A DNA stretch of 47,474 nt. Origin: a virus. The DNA lies in the IMG/VR virus record IMGVR_UViG_3300015189_000001, positions 1 through 47,474 of that record; one strand, written 5' to 3'. The notes under the pieces are model-generated. The model worked only from the letters and a program-made list of their open reading frames with translations, did no database searches and was not told the origin of the DNA. Positions 1-7,502 of the stretch are shown here, one piece after another (position 1 is the stretch's first letter; every line of letters starts with the position of its first letter). Both the position numbers and the translations under genes were made by a program.

Positions 1-127
1 ACGGCAGCGACCGTGCGTAGTTGGAATACCACGCCAACCCACTGCCTGCAACGTACTGACGGCGCGGATCGGCGGTGACCTTGCCGGTCGTGCCTGCGAT
101 CGGTGCAATGCTGCCGTTGGGGCTGCC
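1..127. repeat. Terminal overlap copy 1, identical to 47348..47474
   Basis: Read directly: the first and last 127 nt are the same string. This implies a closed circular or terminally redundant unit of 47,347 bp. Confidence 0.95.
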
Positions 128-172
128 GGGCGTGTCGCCGGTCGTGACGAGTTCTGTCAGGGTGTCAGTCAT
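1..172 (-). CDS. Portal protein, 5' end (wraps the junction; ATG at 172..170; 1..127 duplicates 47348..47474)
   Basis: The frame of ORF 46038..47384 stays open to 47474 and continues in phase from 128 to an ATG at 172 (MTDTLTELVTTGDTPGSPNGSIAPIAG...). Confidence 0.75.
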   Translation of the reverse strand, partial: MTDTLTELVTTGDTPGSPNGSIAPIAGTTGKVTADPRRQYVAGSGLAWYSNYARSLP

Positions 173-305
173 GTCGCCACTTCTCTATAAGCTCTTTGTA
201 ATCGGCGTCCATACACCGCATTGCCCAAACATGAGAAACCACTAGCCCAAGCAATCCGGCGGCATAACAAGTAATTAGATACACTAAGAACCATGCAATA
301 GTCAT
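165..305 (-). CDS. Small single-pass membrane protein (46 aa) between terL and portal
   Basis: MTIAWFLVYLITCYAAGLLGLVVSHVW... The start makes an ATGA overlap with the terL stop, and the stop overlaps the portal ATG. The segment is visibly AT-richer than its surroundings. Confidence 0.45.
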   Translation of the reverse strand: MTIAWFLVYLITCYAAGLLGLVVSHVWAMRCMDADYKELIEKWRHD

Positions 306-1780
306 CCGCGTCGTCCTCCGATCGGCTGTACTGCTGGGAAGCGCGCCGGGCCAGCGGCGGCGTTGAAGGCGACTGCCGGGCGGCGTGCGACCATGAGCGC
401 AATCGCCCACATCATCACCCGATCATCGTAGTAGCCGCTCGGTGCGCCAGTTGATCCGTCCTTCAGTACCCGATAGATCTGCAATTCGTCCAGGGTTGCC
501 TGGGTATGAATCACCGCGCTCTCATCGCGTAGCGCCGTGGCCAGCAGGTCGATCATCTGCGGCTTGGTCTGCGCGTTCGTGAGCCAGCCGGGCCGGTCAT
601 CGTGCCCAAGTGCGACCTTGGGCGTGTGCAGCGTTTTACACTTGACCAGTACCGCATGTCCGTGATTATTGCGCTCAACCGCCAGCGTGGCGTTGTAGGC
701 GCGGGTGAGCAGATCGAGTGATACCGCGTACTCATCGGGCTCCCAGTGCCCATGCAGATGGAACAGTTCTTCCCAGGAGGCTGCATCAATACCCGTCGCC
801 GCGCTATAGTCGCCGTGCTCTAGGCCTTCCGCCACATCCGCGCCGATAATCACCCGCTGGGTTGCCCTTGGTAGCGCGTAGATCGTGAGCCCCTCAATCA
901 CACGGAGCGCCGTTGGCCACTGGTTACGCGGCAGGCCGATGCGCACATTGCGCGCCTGCTTCGTTACCCAGTCACTGGTGAAGCGTACGCGCCCGCTCAC
1001 TAAAAAGGCTTCCGTCGCGCTAGATGGGTATTCCTGTTTGACCATCGCCAGATCGGTGTACTCGGCTTCCTGATTAGCGTACCATGCGGCATCGCGCCCC
1101 GGCCTGCTCCACCAGGGGAGAAAGATCGCCTTGAAGCTGTTGAGTCCGCTACTGGCGCGTGTCCAGAGCCGGTGAAAGAGATTACCGATACCAAGCGCTG
1201 AGCTGAGCACAATCAACTGGCCACCTGCGTCGATCGTCGGCTTGAGCGCGGTGTACAGCGCATCGGCAAACATAAGCTTGGCAGCCTCGTCCAAGATGGC
1301 CAGTGACGCCGTGTAACCACTACCTGCGTTCGGCGATGCGGGCAGTGACATGATCGTTGATGTGTTCTCCCAGATCGCCTCTGATGTGTTTCGCTTGGTC
1401 AGCTTTGGCGCGCTCTCACGCAGCCAGGATGGCAAGCGATCATACAGCGCCAGAATGCGCCGTAGCATCTCGTTGGCCTCGGGTTGCCCTTTGGAAAATA
1501 CCAGCACGACCTTGCCTCTTTGGAATAAACACAACCAGAGCGCGTACCCACAACAGATCCAGGAAATACCCAACTGGCGAGCCTTCAGGATAATAACCAA
1601 TCGCTCGGTCATGAGCGCCCACATGACACCGATCTGTGCTGGCCAGAGCTTGAATGGCATCGTACCGCCGCCATCGCCATGCCCTTGTGCGTCGTCTATG
1701 ATTCCGTAGTGATCGATGAAATAGGCGGCGTCGGCGCTACATTTGAGGTATTCAATTGTTCGCGCATCTGCTTCCGCCAT
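302..1780 (-). CDS. terL: Terminase large subunit
   Basis: 492 aa. Walker A-like LKARQLGISW, Walker B LAILDEAA, and a C-terminal nuclease-like half. It sits between the small terminase and the portal. Confidence 0.9.
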   Translation of the reverse strand: MAEADARTIEYLKCSADAAYFIDHYGIIDDAQGHGDGGGTMPFKLWPAQIGVMWALMTERLVIILKARQLGISWICCGYALWLCLFQRGKVVLVFSKGQPEANEMLRRILALYDRLPSWLRESAPKLTKRNTSEAIWENTSTIMSLPASPNAGSGYTASLAILDEAAKLMFADALYTALKPTIDAGGQLIVLSSALGIGNLFHRLWTRASSGLNSFKAIFLPWWSRPGRDAAWYANQEAEYTDLAMVKQEYPSSATEAFLVSGRVRFTSDWVTKQARNVRIGLPRNQWPTALRVIEGLTIYALPRATQRVIIGADVAEGLEHGDYSAATGIDAASWEELFHLHGHWEPDEYAVSLDLLTRAYNATLAVERNNHGHAVLVKCKTLHTPKVALGHDDRPGWLTNAQTKPQMIDLLATALRDESAVIHTQATLDELQIYRVLKDGSTGAPSGYYDDRVMMWAIALMVARRPAVAFNAAAGPARFPAVQPIGGRRG

Positions 1781-2076
1781 AGCTCCAATTCCTTTGCCGC
1801 CTCGTCCTGCGCGGCGCTCGTGATGTCAATCGGCGCGCCGTCTGGGCCGCTGACCTCTTGGCGCTCTACGGGCTTGCCATAGGTGTAGGCGAGCAATAGG
1901 GTACGTGAAGCGCTGCGCACATCCCAATCATCGCTCATGGCATCTTCAACAAGTTTATCGATCACCTTGCGGCGCTTCGTGATCGGGAAGCGCTCATCAA
2001 GGAGGGCATTCAGCGCCTGCCGAGCCTCGCCGGGCTTGCCCCCAGGATTCCCTGATTGTCCTTTTTGAAATGGCAT
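1696..2076 (-). CDS. Terminase small subunit-like protein
   Basis: The N-terminal KGQSGNPGGKP motif is typical of a small-terminase/DUF5681-like family. It lies directly upstream of terL with an 85-nt overlap. Confidence 0.6.
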   Translation of the reverse strand: MPFQKGQSGNPGGKPGEARQALNALLDERFPITKRRKVIDKLVEDAMSDDWDVRSASRTLLLAYTYGKPVERQEVSGPDGAPIDITSAAQDEAAKELELWRKQMREQLNTSNVAPTPPISSITTES

Positions 2077-2079
2077 AGG

Positions 2080-2307
2080 TCAGTGTTCAACTTCAATGAT
2101 GATCGTCGCATACCACCCGCGCCCCACGCGCACGATGCGCCCCTGCGCCAGCAGCCGCCTGAGCGCCCGCCGCACCGTCGCCATGCCGCGATAGTGCATC
2201 AGCGCAACGTAGCGCACCAGACGCTTCGCGGTCACCGCGTCGTCTGCGCTGGCGAGGTAGGCGACGATGGCGTCGGCGGTCGGTGGATGGCGGATGGTGG
2301 GGGTCAT
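2080..2307 (-). CDS. Winged-helix DNA-binding protein (75 aa)
   Basis: The pattern VTAKRLVRYV...TVRRALRRLLAQGRIVRVGRGWY resembles a helix-turn-helix followed by a wing. Confidence 0.5.
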   Translation of the reverse strand: MTPTIRHPPTADAIVAYLASADDAVTAKRLVRYVALMHYRGMATVRRALRRLLAQGRIVRVGRGWYATIIIEVEH

Positions 2308-2561
2308 AATGAAGACGCCTCATACACCGACACACCAGGATCGTTATACAGCGTGTAGGTGTGCTTGTCAGTCGATGACGTGGTTGTCAATGTCACACAC
2401 ACAGGCCCCCGCATCGGCGGGGCAGGATGTACCCACCACGGATAGTAGGGCGTGGGCCGATACGTCCAATCAGGCACGGCGGCGGGGCTACACTGCGCAC
2501 ACTTTTGCACAGCCGGTGCCCATACCGTTTTACATACGGGGCATTGCCATCCTTGATTCAT
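2304..2561 (-). CDS. Zinc-ribbon protein (85 aa)
   Basis: MNQGWQCPVCK...CAQC. The start makes an ATGA overlap with the upstream mini-ORF. Confidence 0.5.
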   Translation of the reverse strand: MNQGWQCPVCKTVWAPAVQKCAQCSPAAVPDWTYRPTPYYPWWVHPAPPMRGPVCVTLTTTSSTDKHTYTLYNDPGVSVYEASSL

Positions 2562-2677
2562 CGCAGCACCTTGCTCCACAGCCATGCGCCGATCGCACAT
2601 CCGCTTGTCCATCCGAGTCCCGCTAGGAAAGTCAGCACCAGCACGGTTCCCACAACAATCCATGTCAGTTCAGGCAT
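2558..2677 (-). CDS. Mini membrane peptide (39 aa)
   Basis: An AAGGAG Shine-Dalgarno lies 5 nt upstream of the ATG. MPELTWIVVGTVLVLTFLAGLGW... Below the ORF-track length cut-off. Confidence 0.45.
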   Translation of the reverse strand: MPELTWIVVGTVLVLTFLAGLGWTSGCAIGAWLWSKVLR

Positions 2678-2686
2678 AGCAACTCC

Positions 2687-2788
2687 TTATCGACCATACA
2701 TCCGCAGCCACAGCTCCGCGCAGACGCTGCCAATCCACCAGCCGCCGATCCATATCGGGATGAGCAGCAGCCACTTCAGCGCCGCCAT
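2687..2788 (-). CDS. Mini membrane peptide (33 aa)
   Basis: MAALKWLLLIPIWIGGWWIGSV... The start overlaps the stop of the preceding mini-ORF. Confidence 0.35.
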   Translation of the reverse strand: MAALKWLLLIPIWIGGWWIGSVCAELWLRMYGR

Positions 2789-2853
2789 AGCAGCACCCCG
2801 ATGATACAGAGCGCGACGATGACCACGACGATCAGCAGCATCGCTTGGCTCAT
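2776..2853 (-). CDS. Mini membrane peptide (25 aa)
   Basis: MSQAMLLIVVVIVALCIIGVLLWRR. ATGA overlap with the stop of 2850..3092. Confidence 0.3.
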   Translation of the reverse strand: MSQAMLLIVVVIVALCIIGVLLWRR

Positions 2854-3092
2854 GGTGTGGCTTTCGCCGGAACGTACTCAGGCCAGTGCCACGTCAGCGG
2901 CGCGCCACTCTCATCATGGCGACATGCCATATCCCAGAGTGTCAAGCCTTCCTCCATCATCAGGAACGCATAGAGCGCGATAGTATCGCCGTCGCCGGGA
3001 TCGATAATAATGGCTGGCCGGTGTTTGCCCGAATCAGCCACATAATGCACCACCCGCCCAACGCTTGGTACTTGCTCTGCCATTGTTCTCAT
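2850..3092 (-). CDS. Hypothetical protein (80 aa)
   Basis: ORF in the co-directional, translationally coupled chain. No recognisable motif. Confidence 0.55.
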   Translation of the reverse strand: MRTMAEQVPSVGRVVHYVADSGKHRPAIIIDPGDGDTIALYAFLMMEEGLTLWDMACRHDESGAPLTWHWPEYVPAKATP

Positions 3093-3098
3093 CCTCCG

Positions 3099-3530
3099 TT
3101 ACGGGGCTTTCCGCAGCACGGTCACATCGACCGGGCATTCTTTCGCGCGACTGAGAAAGAACCGACGCGAGCAGATCGCCAGCGCGGAGTTGGCGTCCAG
3201 TTCCACCAGCCGTGCTTTCTGATGGCGCTTCAAGTCGATCGTCTGGCTCACATCAATCACGGTACACACCCGCGTCACACCTGTGCGCACGCCCGTCACC
3301 CGCACCCGCGCGCCGATGCCCGGCCCGTCTATCGCCATACCGCACTGCCCCACGACCCACGGAATGCCGCGCTTCTTGGCGACTCGGCGCATCACGCCCA
3401 GATCGTAGCGACCTGCGATCATTCTCGTGACCAATGCCTTCTCCACAGCGGGTGCATCCGGCACCGCAGGGCACAGGAGCGCGGCGCTCACGAGGAGGCA
3501 CCGCAGCAGCGTCACTTCGACGCCTTGCAA
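3099..3530 (-). CDS. Secreted protein, possibly an RlpA/3D-like (DPBB) wall-binding or lytic fold
   Basis: Signal-like N-terminus LLRCLLVSAALLCPAVPDAPA. The core ...VRVTGVRTGVTRVCTVIDVSQTIDL... loosely resembles RlpA-like barrels. The functional call is weak. Confidence 0.4.
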   Translation of the reverse strand: MQGVEVTLLRCLLVSAALLCPAVPDAPAVEKALVTRMIAGRYDLGVMRRVAKKRGIPWVVGQCGMAIDGPGIGARVRVTGVRTGVTRVCTVIDVSQTIDLKRHQKARLVELDANSALAICSRRFFLSRAKECPVDVTVLRKAP

Positions 3531-3730
3531 TCAGCCGCCCGTTGCGCGAGCAGTCGCCCGGCGCCATCGTCACCAGATGCCTCGTTGACGGCGGGCGTGT
3601 GTCCACGACACCACTGCAATGCTAATTTGCAATTTGGACATATTGCATACATGCCATTGCTATCCACGATCTTCCGTTGCGGCGCGGCGGGCGGCTTCAC
3701 CGACAATGGCAGGGTGATATCCAGTTGCAT
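3512..3730 (-). CDS. Hypothetical CxxC protein (72 aa)
   Basis: ICPNCKLALQWC motif. A GGAG sequence lies upstream of the ATG. Confidence 0.5.
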   Translation of the reverse strand: MQLDITLPLSVKPPAAPQRKIVDSNGMYAICPNCKLALQWCRGHTPAVNEASGDDGAGRLLAQRAADCKASK

Positions 3731-3739
3731 ACGGATCTC

Positions 3740-3844
3740 CTATTTTAGATGCACCAGCAGCGGCGCAAGGATCGCGCAGATGACGATGCCAATCACGATG
3801 GCGGCAACGATCACGCGGTGCCACGGCGGCGGCGCATCATTCAC
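3740..3844 (-). CDS. Mini membrane peptide (34 aa, GTG start)
   Basis: VNDAPPPWHRVIVAAIVIGIVICAILAPLLVHLK. It starts 2 nt after the upstream stop. Confidence 0.3.
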   Translation of the reverse strand: MNDAPPPWHRVIVAAIVIGIVICAILAPLLVHLK

Positions 3845-3845
3845 G

Positions 3846-4388
3846 CTAGATGCGATCGAGCCCGGTTTTCGCATCGGGCGGCAAAATCACGGTGGTATCG
3901 CCCGTTGGCGTGATCTGCACCGGCCCGGCGATCGTTGTGCCGGTCGGTGTACCGCCATGGGCGATCGCGGGCCCGACCAGCGCCGCAACCGCCTGATCGT
4001 TCGTCGCCTGCGCGCGGCCAATCTCCACGCCCTCCGCTTTTGATGTGGCCTTGTCGAGCTGCCCCTGGCTGGCGGCGGCGGCGTTCAGTGCGTCAATCAG
4101 CTGGGTAATCCGCCCATCAACCGCGACCTTCAGCTCAGTCGTGAGCGAGGTGTTATCGTCAACTTTGGCGTTCGTGTTATTCAGCTTATCATCGACTTTT
4201 GTGATCTTCTCTGCGTTCCCGGCACTTTTGAGATAGGCCGCGATCTGAAAACAAATACCCCCGAACGCCGTGCTAAGGATCGTCGCCAGCGCGACTTTAT
4301 CCTCACCTGCATAGAACACGAGAAGCAGCGTGAGGCCGACGCCGTAGATCACCGTGGCCAACCCGTAGAGAATTGTTCCGCTATCCAT
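3846..4388 (-). CDS. Membrane protein with 2 N-terminal TM helices and a long C-terminal region (holin-like or lysis-accessory candidate)
   Basis: MDSGTILYGLATVIYGVGLTLLLVFY...ILSTAFGGICFQIAAYL, followed by a polar coiled region. It lies in the lysis cassette. Confidence 0.5.
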   Translation of the reverse strand: MDSGTILYGLATVIYGVGLTLLLVFYAGEDKVALATILSTAFGGICFQIAAYLKSAGNAEKITKVDDKLNNTNAKVDDNTSLTTELKVAVDGRITQLIDALNAAAASQGQLDKATSKAEGVEIGRAQATNDQAVAALVGPAIAHGGTPTGTTIAGPVQITPTGDTTVILPPDAKTGLDRI

Positions 4389-4692
4389 GTGCATGCACCA
4401 ATACGTACCACGTAATTGTGAGGGCAATCGCCACAATCCCCAAGAGCGCCGCGCAGATGATGATTGTCGCCCATTGCCAATACTTCACCGCTTTGCGCAA
4501 CTCTTGCACTTCGGTGTACACAAGATTTAATGCCGCATAGAGTGTTCTGCGTAAATCTGTTAATGCGGTGCGTGTCTCAGCCTGCACCGTACGCACCTCA
4601 TCACGCTCTTGTGCAAAGTCACGGATAGCGCGCAGCACGTCGCGGTTATACGCCTGATCGTCGTCATCGACATTATTATTCCGCGTTGCCAT
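4381..4692 (-). CDS. Coiled-coil protein with a C-terminal TM anchor (103 aa)
   Basis: MATRNNNVDDDD...WATIIICAALLGIVAIALTITWYVLV. It overlaps both neighbouring genes. Confidence 0.5.
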   Translation of the reverse strand: MATRNNNVDDDDQAYNRDVLRAIRDFAQERDEVRTVQAETRTALTDLRRTLYAALNLVYTEVQELRKAVKYWQWATIIICAALLGIVAIALTITWYVLVHAHG

Positions 4693-4915
4693 GCCCACTC
4701 GCACGTAGCAGGCCAATAACGGCGCTTGCGGCCATCTCCGTACATCGGCCGATAAGATGCTCGGCAAACGTGCGCAGATCCTGTTCGCTCTGCGAGCGAG
4801 CATAGGCGGCAATAGCGGCATAAAGCGGGTCACTCTCAACCTTTGTCAGGGTTTCTGCTAATAGATTATCAGCGCCATTAGTGCTATGCTCGTTCATGTC
4901 GTGGCGCGCTCCCAC
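4676..4915 (-). CDS. Hypothetical protein (about 73-79 aa)
   Basis: ORF in the coupled chain. The start is ambiguous (4915 or 4897). Confidence 0.45.
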   Translation of the reverse strand: MGARHDMNEHSTNGADNLLAETLTKVESDPLYAAIAAYARSQSEQDLRTFAEHLIGRCTEMAASAVIGLLRASGHGNAE

Positions 4916-4978
4916 GCGCTGCGATGTGTAGGGCTCGTCGGTCTGCTCAGGGCTGGCGAGCTCTCTGGTTGCCTGGCC

Positions 4979-5326
4979 TTAGTATTCCCCGCGCCTGCGC
5001 TCCTGCGCCGCCTCCAGCGCCCGCACGCGCTTGGCCAAGTCGTGCAGCGTCGTCTCGTCGCGCTCCATCATGCCGAGTGTGAGATTGCGGGTGAGCGCAC
5101 TGGCGTCGTCCTGTGCCAGTTGCTCAGCTTGGATGCGGTCAACGTCGCTGGCGTGGAGCGCCTTGGCTGCCAGCTGTTCGCGCAACACCGTGATGTTCTG
5201 GCGCATCGCCGCCCCGCCCGATTCGTTGACCAGCGCGGCCACAATCGCACGCAGGGCCGCGACCAGCTGCGCCATGCCCCGGTCAAGCTCCCAGTGGGTT
5301 TTGTCGGTTGTCGGTTGCTCGCTCAC
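4979..5326 (-). CDS. Coiled-coil protein (115 aa)
   Basis: Heptad-like, charged sequence. It lies downstream of the endolysin. Confidence 0.55.
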   Translation of the reverse strand: MSEQPTTDKTHWELDRGMAQLVAALRAIVAALVNESGGAAMRQNITVLREQLAAKALHASDVDRIQAEQLAQDDASALTRNLTLGMMERDETTLHDLAKRVRALEAAQERRRGEY

Positions 5327-5550
5327 GACACTTCTCCCTGAAAACGATCATCCGCAGATTGCCAGCGCGCCTCATTGATCAGTGCGGCCGCCTGCTCAAG
5401 CACGTCCGTCGTCCAGTGACGATCGGGCCAGTGCGGATCGCGGCACAGATCGCCCTGCATTGCGACGAATACCCCACGCACGATCAGGTGCCAGCGACCC
5501 ATGCGCAAGACAACTTCTGCTATTTTGTCGGCGGGTTGCTCGCTCATCAT
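5323..5550 (-). CDS. Hypothetical protein (75 aa)
   Basis: The MMSEQPADK start overlaps the endolysin stop. Confidence 0.5.
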   Translation of the reverse strand: MMSEQPADKIAEVVLRMGRWHLIVRGVFVAMQGDLCRDPHWPDRHWTTDVLEQAAALINEARWQSADDRFQGEVS

Positions 5551-6608
5551 GCCTCCATGATCGTATTGCCAATTGACAGAATCCGCTGGGTGTAGCTCGC
5601 ACTCGGAGCCCAACGCCCGTTCAGCCCGTTGATTGTCGGCGCACTGCCGCGATACTTGGACGGCAGCGCCCGTAGGGACAGCGCGTCAGTGATGAGCTGC
5701 TGCTGGTCGGCGGTGCCTTGCCCTTGTGGGAGCGCGTAGGCGAGCAGCCTGCCGACGTGGGCCTTTGCCGCATCCTCCCAGGTATCGAAGGTCAAACCCT
5801 TGCCCGGCTCACCTGTGACGCCCAATCCTGCCGGGTTGCGGTTCGGACGGGTGGCCCATTGGCTGCTGAGATAGCTCGTTTCATGACACATCTGCGCAAT
5901 CGCAATCAGCGGGTCGAGCCCTGCCGCGTACGCGAAATACGAGCGCACAATGCTGGCAACATCGTAGGACGTGTACGCGCCGTGTTCGTGCGCCATGATG
6001 ACGGCGGCGCACTGCGCTTGCGTCGCGCGCGGCGGGGTGATCAGCACGCTGGCGTTCGTGAGCGGTGGGACGGGTGGTGGGGTGTTCTGCATGCGGGCGA
6101 GTGCCGAGCGCACCACGTTCATATCGATCATCTTGCCGGGGCAACTCTTGTTCGGTAAGCACTCGCGATGCCCAAGCACCTGGCTTGGCGCAATGTCGGC
6201 CCAGTCCATCAGCAGCAGCACGACGCCGTACACGAGGTCGGCAACGGCAGCCGTCCACGGCTCGGTGTCGTAGTTGCCGACCACTTCTATACCGATGTGA
6301 TCAGGATTGCAGCCGCCCGCGTGGATGCCGGACATGGCTAGCGGGGTGCCAGCCCAGATCCCGGCGTCGGTCGGGTGTGGCACATCAGATGCGAGGAACA
6401 GATGCGGCCCAGCTGACCACCCCTTTGCGATGTAGTATTGCTTGGTGCCTTCCATCGTGGCACGCCCATGCCATTGCGCGCGCGTCGGCACGAGGCTGTG
6501 GTGCAGTGTAATGCCTTTAATCCACGCGGGCGGCTTGAACGGCAGCAGCGCAGCGCGATAGGCGGCAAGCGTCGGGTACCGAATGGTGTCCCATGCGAAT
6601 ACGCTCAT
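5547..6608 (-). CDS. Endolysin: N-acetylmuramoyl-L-alanine amidase (Amidase_2/PGRP-like) plus a C-terminal glucosaminidase-like domain
   Basis: The N-terminal half has ITLHHS...GIHAGGCNPDHIGIEVVGNYD...VLGHRECLPNKSCPG. The C-terminal half has AIAQMCHETSYLSSQWATRPNRNPAGLG. Confidence 0.85.
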   Translation of the reverse strand: MSVFAWDTIRYPTLAAYRAALLPFKPPAWIKGITLHHSLVPTRAQWHGRATMEGTKQYYIAKGWSAGPHLFLASDVPHPTDAGIWAGTPLAMSGIHAGGCNPDHIGIEVVGNYDTEPWTAAVADLVYGVVLLLMDWADIAPSQVLGHRECLPNKSCPGKMIDMNVVRSALARMQNTPPPVPPLTNASVLITPPRATQAQCAAVIMAHEHGAYTSYDVASIVRSYFAYAAGLDPLIAIAQMCHETSYLSSQWATRPNRNPAGLGVTGEPGKGLTFDTWEDAAKAHVGRLLAYALPQGQGTADQQQLITDALSLRALPSKYRGSAPTINGLNGRWAPSASYTQRILSIGNTIMEA

Positions 6609-6877
6609 GGCTCCACGACTCTCACTGGTAGCCAGCCGTGCGCTTCTGCGGACACGATGCCGTATGCCAATCCAATACCATACAGCGCCAGCGCAGCATG
6701 AGGATCAGTGCCCGCACAGGGAGCCATCCAAATCGAGTTGATCCAATAGGGCAGCACCTCAATGCGCAACCATGACAAAATGTCACTCACACAGGTACGC
6801 CATGTCGGCGCATCCGCGCCATATGTCGCGATGGCATCTCCCGTATCTTTGCGGTAAATAACTACATCCACTCTCAT
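6605..6877 (-). CDS. Hypothetical protein (90 aa)
   Basis: ATGA overlaps on both sides. One hydrophobic stretch, ALALYGIGLAYGIV. Confidence 0.5.
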   Translation of the reverse strand: MRVDVVIYRKDTGDAIATYGADAPTWRTCVSDILSWLRIEVLPYWINSIWMAPCAGTDPHAALALYGIGLAYGIVSAEAHGWLPVRVVEP

Positions 6878-7113
6878 GGTGCCACCACCTCAATCCCACA
6901 CGCGCAGCCAGGCGCGGCAAAGCGCGGCCAGACGCCATGCTGCCCGTAGAACGCCGCCGCCGACACGCTGTAGAGCGTGAGGATCAGCGACTCATCGGAG
7001 GGGGCGGGCTGGGGCAGGCGCGGAAACGCGAACGCGTGGTCGAGGCGCGGCGGGGCGACACGAGGAAGCAGTCGTGTGAGGGCGGGGGGCTGCGTTCGGC
7101 GTTTGGATGGCAT
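6874..7113 (-). CDS. Hypothetical protein, first gene of the late/lysis operon (start uncertain: 7113 ATG or 7179 TTG)
   Basis: The stop makes an ATGA overlap with the next gene. There is no clear SD before 7113. Confidence 0.4.
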   Translation of the reverse strand: MPSKRRTQPPALTRLLPRVAPPRLDHAFAFPRLPQPAPSDESLILTLYSVSAAAFYGQHGVWPRFAAPGCACGIEVVAP

Positions 7114-7128
7114 TGCACACACTTGTGT

Positions 7129-7144
7129 GCGTCGAAGATCTTGC
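7129..7144. repeat. 16-bp motif GCGTCGAAGATCTTGC, copy 1 (candidate operator)
   Basis: Exact second copy at 7300..7315. The core AAGATCTT is palindromic. It sits at about +1 of the putative late promoter. Confidence 0.6.
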
Positions 7145-7150
7145 GCGTTT

Positions 7151-7179
7151 ATCCTATCACAAGGCACCACGCAAAGCAA
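7151..7179 (-). promoter_or_regulatory. Sigma-70-like promoter TTGCTT-17-TAGGAT facing the lysis/late operon
   Basis: Hexamers and 17-nt spacing read on the minus strand. Confidence 0.4.
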
Positions 7180-7268
7180 GTTACAATTGTGACAACTTCC
7201 GCCTCATTACTATTTACGATGCGAAGGAGCGCGCTATGTAGTGGCATAGAACGGATGTCTGTACGATA

Positions 7269-7277
7269 TGGTATACT
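7269..7277 (+). promoter_or_regulatory. Extended -10 element TGgTATACT
   Basis: Read directly. It faces hairpin 7290..7337 and terminator 7354..7394, so it could make a transcript of about 110 nt. Confidence 0.3.
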
Positions 7278-7299
7278 GTATTGAAAACAATCAGGGCCA

Positions 7300-7315
7300 G
7301 CGTCGAAGATCTTGC
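7300..7315. repeat. 16-bp motif GCGTCGAAGATCTTGC, copy 2
   Basis: Exact repeat of 7129..7144. It lies in the loop of inverted repeat ATCAGGGCC/GGCCCTGAT (7290..7337). Confidence 0.6.
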
Positions 7316-7353
7316 AATCTCGCCGTATGGCCCTGATTGTGCGTTGGGCACAC

Positions 7354-7394
7354 AAAGACCCGGCGATCGGCTATACATCGATCGCCGGGTCTTT
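7354..7394. terminator. Bidirectional intrinsic terminator-like hairpin
   Basis: Perfect 16-bp stem AAAGACCCGGCGATCG / CGATCGCCGGGTCTTT with a 9-nt loop. Short A and T runs at the stem ends. Confidence 0.6.
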
Positions 7395-7502
7395 GCCTAC
7401 ATTGCCAGTTACTTTGTCTGGCGCTCCATCGTTGCCCGCTTTTCTTACGGAGCAGTCCTGATTAAACATTCCCGCTCGCGCGGGCGGGGCGTATCACAGG
7501 AT

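Noticed and set aside
1-127. The 127-nt terminal repeat as a biological direct terminal repeat or cos end.
   Set aside because: It falls inside the portal coding sequence, and 127 nt is a common maximum assembler k-mer length. A circular-closure artefact is the simpler reading, but this cannot be settled without reads.
2886-4043. 385-aa plus-strand ORF, the longest ORF in this part of the track.
   Set aside because: It lies antisense to a chain of translationally coupled minus-strand genes. Its Arg/His/Ala-rich, motif-free composition is typical of spurious open frames in GC-rich DNA.
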